Below are positions 1 through 11,100 of a DNA stretch of 64,000 nt, one piece after another. The stretch lies in the IMG/VR virus record IMGVR_UViG_3300025093_000009, positions 52,158 through 116,157 of that record. One strand, written 5' to 3'. The DNA is from a virus. Below the pieces are notes generated by a model. It searched no databases. It had not been told where the DNA came from and saw nothing but the letters and a program-made list of their open reading frames with translations. The translations under genes and the position numbers were made by a program. Position 1 is the first letter of the stretch; every line of letters begins with the position of its first letter.

Positions 1-2
1 TA

Positions 3-287
3 TCAAAAGAGTATGGTAAAGTTTTACAAAATAAAAACTGGGAAACAGATGGAAATTTAGGAAAGATATTTTATACAAACTACTCAACTAAATATAGATT
101 TAAAAATAGAGAGTTGTGGAGGTTTGTAGCATGTAGGGATTTTAAAAGAACTGTTGCAAAAAAATATCCTGTTAATTGGACAAAGTACCTAGTTATGAAG
201 AATAAATACAAGGTTGCTCATCTATATGACGAGAATCCTGAAGAAACCAGCAAAGCATTAGATAAATATAATGAATTTGAAAAATAA
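3..287 (+). CDS. 5'-truncated ORF, probably crAss-type IHF/HU-like protein (C-terminal part)
   Basis: Open frame from 3 to TAA at 285-287 (SKEYGKVLQNKNWETDG...WRFVACRDFKRTVAKKY...EFEK). Not in the ORF track. Its position just upstream of the tail ring genes matches the IHF-like gene of crAss-like phages. Confidence 0.45.
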   Translation, partial: SKEYGKVLQNKNWETDGNLGKIFYTNYSTKYRFKNRELWRFVACRDFKRTVAKKYPVNWTKYLVMKNKYKVAHLYDENPEETSKALDKYNEFEK

Positions 288-292
288 AAAAC

Positions 293-967
293 ATGGCAAC
301 AATAGCACAAGTAATATCTAGAATAAGAGGTCAAGTAAAAGCTGAAGTTCAAGATGCTTTTGTGACTGATAGATATATCTATAGCTTGATAGAGAAACAT
401 GCCCAGTTTTTAATGAGAAGACAAGACTATGCAAACAAACTATTAAAATTTAATTCAGTATGGAAAACACTTCCTTATGTAGAATTAGTTGAGGTAGATA
501 AAGTTGAAGCTCATTGCGCTGGTATACAAAGTGGTTGTACAATAAAACGTACAAAGTTAAAGTTACCTTCTATGTTTGAAGGATATTGGGGACCACTTAT
601 CCGTACTATTAGTTCAATAGACGGATCTCAAGAATTACAAGCTACACAACCCGGTACTTATACATCTATGACAAAAACTACATCATTTAAATATAATAAG
701 ACATTATATTTTTGGTGGTTAGATGGTTATATATATTGTCCAAATATACAATGGGATGCAATAAAAGTAGAAGGTGTATTTGATTCTGATATTACTAAAT
801 GGGACTGTGATACAGAAAATGATTGTACTCCTAGATATGAACAACAAATGTATATACCTGAAGCATTATTTGCTGAGATTGAAAGTCAAGTTGTTGCAAC
901 AATGATGGGTACATTAAAAATACCATCTGAAGATTCAGATAACAAACGTAACCTAGCAAGAACTTAA
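293..967 (+). CDS. crAss-like tail/neck ring (structural) protein
   Basis: 224-aa ORF at the start of the tail block. Y/W-rich beta C-terminus (YFWWLDGYIYCPN..IKVEGVF) resembles crAss ring proteins. Confidence 0.6.
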   Translation: MATIAQVISRIRGQVKAEVQDAFVTDRYIYSLIEKHAQFLMRRQDYANKLLKFNSVWKTLPYVELVEVDKVEAHCAGIQSGCTIKRTKLKLPSMFEGYWGPLIRTISSIDGSQELQATQPGTYTSMTKTTSFKYNKTLYFWWLDGYIYCPNIQWDAIKVEGVFDSDITKWDCDTENDCTPRYEQQMYIPEALFAEIESQVVATMMGTLKIPSEDSDNKRNLART

Positions 968-978
968 AATAAAAGATA

Positions 979-1944
979 ATGGGAGTATCACAAAAATATA
1001 GAACTTTTAATCAATTAATGGAAGATGTATCTATTGATTTTTCTACGTATGCCCTAGAGGGAATGATAGAACCTGCACAACTTATTAAAGTTGCTCTCAG
1101 AGTTAATTATGATTTGGGTTTACGCATACATAGAACAAAAGAAGTAGTTATAGATATAGAACATGGAAGGGGTCAATTACCTATGGATTTTCAATATCTA
1201 AATTATGCATTTAGATGTGGTGAGTATACTATAAATAATACAATGCCTTCAGGTACACATATAGAAACTTTTAATGATGTACCATATGTTCCTGCACCAG
1301 CAGATGCAGAACCTTGTAAAGATGGAGAAGCATGTAAAGATGTATGTGTTATAAAAACTTGCAATGATAAAAATGAATATCAATTAGTACAAAGAGTTGG
1401 CCCAAGTCAGTTTAGATCTTTTACTACATGGACTGAATTAAGAATAAAAGATGTGAATGATAAAGTTTGCTATTGCCCAAGTTTAGGTGCGCAAGCATTA
1501 GATATAGCAGAAATTAAAGATGGCTTCTTAGTTACAACATTTAGAACAGGAAAAGTATATTTAAGTTATCAAGGAGCAATGGAAAATGCACAGGGAGATT
1601 TGTTAGTATTAGATCACCCATACTGTAATGAATATTATGAATATGCCATAAAACAAAGAATACTTGAAAATATGATTTGGAATGGTGAGAATGTATCACA
1701 ACAATTAAATCTAATAGAAGCAAGGTTAAGAGCTTCAAGAAATAATGCATTAGGTTTTGTGAATACACCAAACTTCCAAGAGATGAGAAAAGTATGGAAC
1801 ATGAACCGAAGAGCACAGTATCATAATTATTATAATATGTTCTTGAGTTATGCACCAGCTAATCCAACTCTTGCAGTTGCACCTCCTATTGCACAATCTC
1901 ATCAAGGATCAACAACAGGCAGTAGTTCATGTCCAACTTGTTAA
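979..1944 (+). CDS. tail tubular/ring protein (P22 gp4-like, crAss Ttub)
   Basis: 321 aa, directly upstream of the muzzle gene. Motifs 'GRGQLPMDF' and 'GKVYLSYQG...GDLLVLDHP...YYEYAIK' are typical of crAss ring proteins. Confidence 0.65.
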   Translation: MGVSQKYRTFNQLMEDVSIDFSTYALEGMIEPAQLIKVALRVNYDLGLRIHRTKEVVIDIEHGRGQLPMDFQYLNYAFRCGEYTINNTMPSGTHIETFNDVPYVPAPADAEPCKDGEACKDVCVIKTCNDKNEYQLVQRVGPSQFRSFTTWTELRIKDVNDKVCYCPSLGAQALDIAEIKDGFLVTTFRTGKVYLSYQGAMENAQGDLLVLDHPYCNEYYEYAIKQRILENMIWNGENVSQQLNLIEARLRASRNNALGFVNTPNFQEMRKVWNMNRRAQYHNYYNMFLSYAPANPTLAVAPPIAQSHQGSTTGSSSCPTC

Positions 1945-1957
1945 CAAGTAATATATT

Positions 1958-4900
1958 ATGGCAAAAAAGAAGAATACTACACCACAACCAAGGGGACAGG
2001 GGAGTTCATCAGTAAATACTAATTCATTTACTAAAGGGATGAACAAGGATGTAGCACCATCCTTTGAGCAACCAAATGCATGGTGGCATGCAAGAAATGC
2101 TGTAAATAATTCAGAAGATGGAGATGTAGGTTTAATTGGTAATGAACCATCTAATTTATCTTGTGGTGTAATTCCTTACACTGTAATTGGTGCTATACAT
2201 AGATATGGAGATGAATGGGTTGTTTTCTCTACAGATGATATTAACTCTGAGATAGGGCGTTTTGATGATAGTGAGTGTACATATGAAACACTTGTTAATG
2301 ACCCTTGTTTAAATTTTAAAAAGAAATATTTAATTACAGGTGCTGCAAAAGAAAATTTTGATTGTACTTGGGAAGTATACTGGGATGATGCAAACAATCC
2401 ATCCCGTGCTATGAATATAGATGATATTCCTTGGAAAAAGGTTAAAATATCAGGGCCGGATGTTAATGGTGATCCTTGTGTTGAATATCAAATTATTGAA
2501 CCTAAACAATTAGACTGTGAACAAATAAGACTAGCACCACTACTTGATACACCTTGTGTAAAATTAAGTAAGGCAACTGATGGTGGTATGATACGCAATG
2601 GTACATATCAAGCTTTTGTTGCATATGTAGAAAATGAACAACGTGTTACAGATTATATAGGTATATCTAATTTGCAGACAATATTTAGTCATGAAGGTGG
2701 TAATGGTTCTTTAGATATATCTATAACTAATTTAGATCAAGATTACTTTTACTATGAATTAGTTATACTTAGAAGAAACCAAGGTCAAACTTCTGCTAAG
2801 AGAATAGGTTTATATAGTACTGAGCAAAGTGATATTAATATTGATTTTATAGATGAAGCACTAATACCTATTGATTTAAAGCAAATTCCATTACGTAGCC
2901 CAGCATATGAAAAGTCTGAGTCTATGTTTGTAGTTAATGATTGGTTGATAAGACAAGGACCAACTGAGCAATTTGATTTTAATTATCAACCTATAGCAAA
3001 TCAAATACAAACTAATTGGGTAGTAAATCAGCTTAGTGCAAAGTATTATACTTTGGGTGGTAATAAGCTTGGGTTTATGCGTGATGAACAATATGCATTT
3101 TTTATTAGATGGATATACAATACGGGTGAAAGATCATCTTCATATCACATTCCTGGTAGAGCTCCTGAGTCATATACATTACCAAATGGAGTATCATATC
3201 AAGAAAATGAAATTATAAATGGTGCTAATGTAATAAACACAGATGAAGGTGAACCTTTATTTAAAGTTTATAACACTGCTTCATTTACACAAACAAATAT
3301 AAATGAACCTCAAGAAGATAACTCTTTAGTTATTGCAAGAGGAAAGATGGGATATTGGGAGTCTACAGAGTTATACCCAAGTAATAGACCAGATATATGG
3401 GGAGATTTATGTGGTAAACCAATTAGACATCATAAAATGCCAGATGAGTCATTGGGCGGTGCAGATTCTCCATTACATATAAGTACAACAAATGGTGACA
3501 ATATTAATATTGTTGGGGTTGAGTTTACAAATATTGGTAGACCAACCAATAATGATGGTACATTCATTGAGAATATTGTTGGTTATGAAATATTAAGAGG
3601 TTCTAGACAAGGGGCTAGATCTATACTTGCAAAAGGTATGTTTAAAAATATGCGTAAGTATAGAATTCCTGACTCTGAAAATATATTGGGAGAATCACAA
3701 GGTCTATATCCTAACTATCCATACAACTCATTAGAAGATGATATTTTCTTTTTTGACGCAGGTCCAGATCCAAATTCTGAAGATACAAGAACAGGTGGTT
3801 GTGATAACTTTACTCAGTCTTTAGATAAGTATCCTCCTTTAAGTGGTTATACTAAGGATGTATTTACTTTTAGTGCTCCAGACTTAATGTTTACAAAACC
3901 ATTTTTAAATGCTTATGAAACTAAAATATATGGTAGTATAAACGGTAAATCTCAAGGAACGTTTATACCATCTGAGGATCACCCACAATTTAAATTACTA
4001 AGACCAGTAGCGGCTAACTTAGCAGCTATTATAGGTTTGGGATATGCTTTGAATGCAGTACAAGGTACTGAGTCAGTAAACACCAAAGCTTTACAAATTA
4101 ACAACCAAGCATATGCACCATTTATTGGGGTAAGTAGTTCTACAGGTTATCCTACTTTTGCAACTGCTGGTGGTGTTAGTTTATCATTATTTGGTTTAAT
4201 AGAGGGTTTTTTAATAAATAGTTTATTAGATGGTATTACAGATGTAGCTGATTTATATAGTGGTGGTGTAGCATCACAAATTAAAAAAGAAGCTATAAAT
4301 ACATCTAACATGATAAAAGCATCAGCAATTCCTGGTGCTTATGGTGGTGGTAGAGATATGACTTCTACATTTGATAAACCAGAAGGTGCTTTACCTACAG
4401 CATTAAAAGTTATTATAAGTATATCTATGGCGCAGAAAAATATAGCTATAGGTGCTGGTGAAATAATTGATTTATTTTACAATTTAGTTAGTGAGCATGA
4501 TTTTGTTTATAAGTATAACTCTACAGGATTTTATAACTCATTTACTAAAGTAAATCCAAATAATATTTTTAGAACTAAGAATAATGATTCAAATTATATA
4601 GGTTCTTCTTTTCAAACTTTTGATGGGATTAAATATAAAATTAATAATTTATTTAGACCATCTACTATTGCTGTATCAACAGCAAATGAACTTGATGATC
4701 CAGCAGGACCAAAAGATAATTCTAGATTTAGTCTAGGTGGTACAGTAGTTAATGGAGGTACAGTAGACTTTCTTAACTCTTATATGTTAAATCCTAGGTC
4801 TGCAGATAGACTTCAAAGAAATATATCTGCATTGTATGGAGCATTGAAATTTAATTTTGATAATCAATATGGTCAACTAGATGGTGTAAAGCAAATTATG

Positions 4901-7900
4901 ATGAGGGGTTGTGTGGAACTTATTGATCCAGATAAACCAGAAACTTTTAAGTATTCAACTAGCCCAATATTTAGTGGTGATGTTTCTATTAATAGATATA
5001 CTGAAAAGTGTATTATGCCAATCTTTACAAGATTTTTACAAGGTCAACCAAATGGTTATTCTTTTGATTACAGCTTATATGTTAACATACCTTACCCAAG
5101 ATTTTGGCTTAATTCAACTAAGTTTGATATAAGTGGTATTGCACGTGAGATAGCTACATTAGGTTTAGATCCAGGAAGTTATGCACAAGAACTTCCTACT
5201 AATAAATATTATTTAGATAGAGGTTATGATAACTGTCAAGATACAAGTTTATTTGGTAGTTTCTTTGGTGGTGGAAATGATTTAAATCCTGCATGGAATA
5301 TGGAGTATGCTTATATGTATACACATATTAATGGTGTTAATGAGTTTTTTGTAGAATCAGAAATTAATCTGGCATATAGAGATTGGGAAGATATGCCAAG
5401 TAAAAGGTTTTATGATCCTTATGAGTTTAATGACTTAGGTGTATTATTTCATCCTGACCAAATTAAAGATGACAACTTTTATAAGTATGATGATTCATTA
5501 TCTGCTTCTAAGTTCCCAACTCAATTGGGATCATTCGGTCAAGTACAAGCAAGAGACTATGATCCACTAGTTGCAGAGACGTGTTACACTTCATATCCTA
5601 AAAGACTAGTATACTCATTACAAGCACAAGAAGAATCAAAAAGAGATTATTGGAGAGTATTCTTAAACAATAATTATAAAGACTTTAAGAATGAAGTAAG
5701 TGTTATTAAGCCTATTAATAAAAGTGGTGCATTAATATTTTTCCCATACTTATCACCTCAAATGTTCCAAGGTCTAGATACTTTGAAAACACAATTAGAT
5801 ACTAAATTAACTATAGGTGATGGTGGTTTATTTAGTCAACCATTTCAAAATGTAGCAAATGCAGATGTATCTAATGAGTATGGATCTTGTGAAAGTTTAA
5901 GAGGTGTTACAAATACTCCATTTGGTTTATTCTTTATTTCACAACAACAAGGTAAAATATTTAATTATGCTGGTAAGGGATTAACACCAATATCTAATGC
6001 AGGTATGAAATGGTGGTTTAATAAATACTTACCATCTAGATTTATAAAACAATTCCCTGAATCTGAAAACACTCATTGGGTAGATAACCCAGTAGCTGGT
6101 GTAGGTTGTCAAGTAATATGTGATGTAGTTGATGATATAGTCTACTTTATGAAAAAAGACTACCAACTTAAGCCAGAATATGTTGCAGGTGCTGAGTTTA
6201 ATAACTATGATGCAAAGCCTGTAGGAATTGATGTACCATGGCAAAATAAAAAGCTATTAGTAGATATAGGTGATCCATTATACTTTGATGATTGTTCTTG
6301 GACTATTAGTTATGATCCTAAAGCAAAGGCTTGGATATCATTTCATGATTGGCATCCTGAATTAGCTTTACCTAGTATAAATCATTTCTTTACTACTAAG
6401 ACAACAACTACAACTGTTCCTCAGTGTCCACCGGGTTATAACTTTAATCCTACAACTAATATGTGTGAGATAGGTGTTAATGAAAGTTCACCTGCTCAAG
6501 TTATAATAGATAATATAGCAGCTACTGTTAGTGGTGGTCCTGTTGCTTGTTTAGTTGATGTTGTAATTTCAATGGATGTATCAGGTAGTACACTTAATAG
6601 TGGTAGACAAGCGGCTCAACAAACTTGGATGACTGCATTTTTAACAGATCCACAGATAGTCACTTTAATGAACAATAGCCAAATGCAAATTGGATTTGTT
6701 GCTTGGGATGATAATAGTAATATTATGAGTATGCCTGATGGTAGTGGAGGTACTGTTACAATGAGTCATACTGTAACTGAGCCACAAGCTACAACCTTTT
6801 TTACCAATAACTGGTCTGCTGGTGGTACTAACGTAGGAATGGGATTAAATGTAGGTAATTCAGTACTCACTAATCCAGCTAATTCTACATTGGGCGATAG
6901 AACAGCAAATCCTAACTATAGAGCTATTCAAATCCTTGTTACAGATACTACTACAGCACCAGGAAATAATGTAGGTGCTCCTTACACTTCTGTAGGCGCT
7001 GGTACTGCACCTGCGTATCAATTTGTTTATGCAATGTTTTGTGGAGCTAATAGCTCTGCTCCACCAAACCCTAATGTATTAGATGATATATCTATGTCAG
7101 CTGGTCCTGTAAATGTTGATCCATTCCAATATGGTATAAACGCATCAGATCCAACAACGTTCCAAGCTGTAGCAACAGCTATTGCAGGAGCCGTATGTGG
7201 TACAGATTATGAATGTGAATGTCCTGCAGGTTATACATTAGTTTATCCTGATTCTAATGGTCTATTTACTCAATCAAGTGGAACATGTACTGATGTACCA
7301 GGAGAAGCGCCTATTTGTAGAAAAGTAGAATGTGAGTGTCCAACAAGTACAGTTCCTGGCTCAACTACAACAACATCAGGTACATGTCCAGATAGTGCTC
7401 CTGAATTATTTTTAATAGGTGATCCAGCATGGATTGATCCATCACCATTAATATGTAACTATTTTTATTTTGATAGTACTACACCTAATTATCAAGTAGG
7501 TGGTTTTTGGAGACATAATCATAGGTGTGATTCATTTGCTAATTTTTATAATGTAGATTATCCGTGGGAGATTGATTTAATATCTAACACAGGACAAGCT
7601 GTAAACACTATAAGAAGTTTTGAGTATCAACTAGAAACCTATGTATATAAAGGAGATCCTCAATATAATATGTGTGGTGGTGATAAATGGGAAGATCTTA
7701 CATTTAATTTTGATGCTGCTATTATTTATAATAATGATCAAACATCAGGATTACTGGTACTTAATGAGCAACCTGTAAATAGTCCATGGGCTAACTTAGA
7801 CTATCCTATTGTAACACCAAACAATATAGAGATACTTGTATCTAAAGTTGAACATAAGTTTAGGTTTAATCAGTTCTGGGATGTTACAAATGACAGAGGT

Positions 7901-8116
7901 GAATTTACAAATGCAGAACAACCAATATTTAATACGGATTGTAATGGATATGTTAGACCATTAAATACAACTAATCTTAATTACTTCAAACCTCAAACAG
8001 AGCGTAAGAAATTTAGACATTATTCTAATCATGTTTTATTACGTAGAAATAATTCTGGCAATAGAAAAATGATGTTAAGATTAAATAATACTAAACTATT
8101 ACTATCTAAAAGATAA
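1958..8116 (+). CDS. tail stabilization/muzzle protein (P22 gp10-like) with inserted vWA domain
   Basis: 2052 aa. N-terminal 'NSFTKGMNKD' and C-terminal 'SWTISYDPKAKAWISFHDWHP' are characteristic of crAss Tstab/muzzle proteins. MIDAS motif DVSGS near 6576. Confidence 0.8.
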   Translation: MAKKKNTTPQPRGQGSSSVNTNSFTKGMNKDVAPSFEQPNAWWHARNAVNNSEDGDVGLIGNEPSNLSCGVIPYTVIGAIHRYGDEWVVFSTDDINSEIGRFDDSECTYETLVNDPCLNFKKKYLITGAAKENFDCTWEVYWDDANNPSRAMNIDDIPWKKVKISGPDVNGDPCVEYQIIEPKQLDCEQIRLAPLLDTPCVKLSKATDGGMIRNGTYQAFVAYVENEQRVTDYIGISNLQTIFSHEGGNGSLDISITNLDQDYFYYELVILRRNQGQTSAKRIGLYSTEQSDINIDFIDEALIPIDLKQIPLRSPAYEKSESMFVVNDWLIRQGPTEQFDFNYQPIANQIQTNWVVNQLSAKYYTLGGNKLGFMRDEQYAFFIRWIYNTGERSSSYHIPGRAPESYTLPNGVSYQENEIINGANVINTDEGEPLFKVYNTASFTQTNINEPQEDNSLVIARGKMGYWESTELYPSNRPDIWGDLCGKPIRHHKMPDESLGGADSPLHISTTNGDNINIVGVEFTNIGRPTNNDGTFIENIVGYEILRGSRQGARSILAKGMFKNMRKYRIPDSENILGESQGLYPNYPYNSLEDDIFFFDAGPDPNSEDTRTGGCDNFTQSLDKYPPLSGYTKDVFTFSAPDLMFTKPFLNAYETKIYGSINGKSQGTFIPSEDHPQFKLLRPVAANLAAIIGLGYALNAVQGTESVNTKALQINNQAYAPFIGVSSSTGYPTFATAGGVSLSLFGLIEGFLINSLLDGITDVADLYSGGVASQIKKEAINTSNMIKASAIPGAYGGGRDMTSTFDKPEGALPTALKVIISISMAQKNIAIGAGEIIDLFYNLVSEHDFVYKYNSTGFYNSFTKVNPNNIFRTKNNDSNYIGSSFQTFDGIKYKINNLFRPSTIAVSTANELDDPAGPKDNSRFSLGGTVVNGGTVDFLNSYMLNPRSADRLQRNISALYGALKFNFDNQYGQLDGVKQIMMRGCVELIDPDKPETFKYSTSPIFSGDVSINRYTEKCIMPIFTRFLQGQPNGYSFDYSLYVNIPYPRFWLNSTKFDISGIAREIATLGLDPGSYAQELPTNKYYLDRGYDNCQDTSLFGSFFGGGNDLNPAWNMEYAYMYTHINGVNEFFVESEINLAYRDWEDMPSKRFYDPYEFNDLGVLFHPDQIKDDNFYKYDDSLSASKFPTQLGSFGQVQARDYDPLVAETCYTSYPKRLVYSLQAQEESKRDYWRVFLNNNYKDFKNEVSVIKPINKSGALIFFPYLSPQMFQGLDTLKTQLDTKLTIGDGGLFSQPFQNVANADVSNEYGSCESLRGVTNTPFGLFFISQQQGKIFNYAGKGLTPISNAGMKWWFNKYLPSRFIKQFPESENTHWVDNPVAGVGCQVICDVVDDIVYFMKKDYQLKPEYVAGAEFNNYDAKPVGIDVPWQNKKLLVDIGDPLYFDDCSWTISYDPKAKAWISFHDWHPELALPSINHFFTTKTTTTTVPQCPPGYNFNPTTNMCEIGVNESSPAQVIIDNIAATVSGGPVACLVDVVISMDVSGSTLNSGRQAAQQTWMTAFLTDPQIVTLMNNSQMQIGFVAWDDNSNIMSMPDGSGGTVTMSHTVTEPQATTFFTNNWSAGGTNVGMGLNVGNSVLTNPANSTLGDRTANPNYRAIQILVTDTTTAPGNNVGAPYTSVGAGTAPAYQFVYAMFCGANSSAPPNPNVLDDISMSAGPVNVDPFQYGINASDPTTFQAVATAIAGAVCGTDYECECPAGYTLVYPDSNGLFTQSSGTCTDVPGEAPICRKVECECPTSTVPGSTTTTSGTCPDSAPELFLIGDPAWIDPSPLICNYFYFDSTTPNYQVGGFWRHNHRCDSFANFYNVDYPWEIDLISNTGQAVNTIRSFEYQLETYVYKGDPQYNMCGGDKWEDLTFNFDAAIIYNNDQTSGLLVLNEQPVNSPWANLDYPIVTPNNIEILVSKVEHKFRFNQFWDVTNDRGEFTNAEQPIFNTDCNGYVRPLNTTNLNYFKPQTERKKFRHYSNHVLLRRNNSGNRKMMLRLNNTKLLLSKR

Positions 8117-11100
8117 TGAAGAAGAAATTTACACATACAGAGAGAAGAGGATTACCTGGAGGACCTAATGAATACATTACTCATGTTAGTGGTTTATTCA
8201 GTGTTGAAGGTTATAAATCAGATAGCCCTGATAAAAACAATCCGTTTAATCTTATTGACTCAGGAAATATCACAATGGAAGGTGTTGAATTTCCAGTTAT
8301 GGGTATAGATAATCTTGGTAATGCAGAAATGATGCTGCCTCAAAACAATTATGAATTTCCTGGTGATATGGTTTTAGAAATACCTATGGCACAGGATGGT
8401 GATGAAACTCCAATGGCAACTCAAATGTTAGATGAGGTTGTAGTTACAGCACCTAAGAAAAAACAAAGTTTATTTAGTAAAGTGGGTCACGGTGTTTTAG
8501 ATGGGCTTGGTTTAATTCCTGGACTTGGTGAAATAGCAGATGGCGCTAATGCACTTTGGTATCTTGCTGAAGGTGATAAGATGAATGCGGGCTTATCTGC
8601 CGCTGCAATGATTCCATTTATAGGCTGGGGTGCAACAGCTGGTAAACTTGGTTTAAAAGGAAAGAAAGCTTTAGATGCTGCTAATACAGCAAGACAATTA
8701 TCAAAGGCAGATTTAAATTATGCTAAAAGTTTAGGTTTAGATGTAAAAGATTATAATAACCTTGTTGATCAATATAATGCTTCTAATAAAACATATAGAT
8801 CAGTGAGTCCTCAAGCTGATGTATTAAATGATATAAATTTTAGAAAGGCTGCAGAAAAAGCTGGTATTGATTTTAGCAAAACTGCAACAGATAATACAGA
8901 TCTTCTTAAATATATGAGTACATCCATACCATATAAGAAATTAGGTAATGTATATACAGATGCTGCAGTTAAAGGTACTAATGATGCAAGATCATTTTTA
9001 TTTACTTCACCCAATAAACAATTTACATCTTTTTATGCACCTGATGGGTACATGGCTAAGATGCCTTTATTTACTGATGATATAAATAAATTAAGCATAC
9101 CAGAAATAACAAACAGAATTAAGTTTGGATCTAGAGCAAGTGAGTATCCATTTGATGCATTGTTGGATAATCCATATATGCAGAATACTCTTAAATCAGG
9201 AACAAGAGTTTCTATGCCTCCAGCAAGTAAATTGGGTGTGCAAGAAAATACTGTTCAATTTATAGGTGATAGAGGACAAAGGCTTTTTGATCCTAACACG
9301 GTTGAAATATTACCAGTTGGAGAAGCACTTAAAAATCCAAATTTCCAAAAAGGTAAAGAGGTTCCACCAGAAAAATGGCAGGATACAATTAATTATATTG
9401 ATGAAAATAAATTAAAAAGAGCAATTGCTGAAGCAGAAAGTTTAAATGGGCAGTTAATGAAAAACCCATACTCTACGGCATCTGGATTATACGGTCAACG
9501 TTTTTCAGAACTAGAGAAAGGAAAATTATATGATGGTACAAGAGATCAGTTTATAAAAGATTTAGATGCACAAAATAGAATATTTGATATGAGATTAAAT
9601 GAAGGTGTTAAAGTAAATAAAACAACACCTTTACTAAAGGATGCATATGATCTTATGAATGAATACAAACCTCAAATAAAAGATTTTGATTTTGATTACT
9701 ATGATATAATCTCATTATCAAACTTTTTAGGTAGACAAGGTACCAGAGAATTTTTTGGAAATGTAATCAGGGATGGTAAAGATTTATCAGAGGTATTTCC
9801 TAATTTATATGGACCTAATGTTAAACAACCAAACAAAACACCTCAAGAATATTTAGGTATTACAAGAAAGTATTACAGACAATATGCTGGTGAAATTCCT
9901 GTTATTGCTCAAGATAACACAAGAGTTAATATGCCAACAATACCTATCATTGATAAAAAGCCTGCACCTACCTCACGTTATTCTGATTTACTATTTACAG
10001 AAAATGATTTTGATATTATAGGTGATGATAAGGATGAATTCAATCCTTTTGATACTATACCAATTGATACATTAGAAATACAAAGAGATAACACAAATGT
10101 TGTTGACACAAATATATTACCAGAGTATTTGCAAAAATATGAAAAGATAAAAGGACCTAATTTTTCAGATGAAGAATTTAAAAATATACTATTTGATGTT
10201 TCACAAGAGTCTGAGTTTAATGAATATCAAGATCCAGTACTAATAGCTGATTTTATTAAAAAGTCTAATTTTTATGCAGAAGGGTGGAAAGATATGACTA
10301 GTGCTGCTCCTAATGAGGTAAAGGATTTACAAGATGTATTAGTTAGAAAAGGTTATGACATAGGCCCAACAGGTGTAGATGGAAAATATGGTCCAAAAAC
10401 ATATGCTGCACATAGAGCAATGGTTGATGATATTAATTTAAATCCAAATGCTATATCAAGATATTATAAAAAATATGGTGCAAACAATTCATCTGAAGTA
10501 AGAGGTATTCAAGAGAAATTAGTTAAGCTTGGTTATATGTCTGAAACATTACCTAATAAAAATACTACTAGTATTGATGGTAAGTTTGGTGATCAGACTA
10601 GAGAAGCACTAGAAAGATATAACACAGAAAATGCAAAAGATGATCCTAAAGCTACAGTCTTTAATGATATACCAAATCTATTAGAAGAAGATAGATGTGC
10701 TGCAGGTATGTGTGTAATACTTGAGAGAAATAATGTTCTTACAGAAGCTATAGGTGTTAAGTACAAAGATGCATGGGATTTATATGAATCTATGGAAAAC
10801 GCAGATAATAGTGAAATGGTCTATAATATATATGATGATCCAAGATTTAACAGAATCAATGAAGAAACAGATATAAATGATCTAAGAAAGATTACTAAAA
10901 ATGTAAAAAAAGAATCACAAACAAAAGCTAGTGATTATGCTATAGGAGATATTGTAGGTTTATTTTGGGATGGTTCATCACATCATGCAGAAACATTAAA
11001 ATCAAAAACTTATAATACACACAGTGGATTTGTTTCTGATATAGTAGATGGTGTTCCTATTATAACACATAATGTAAATGGTAGAGTATTACAACAACCA

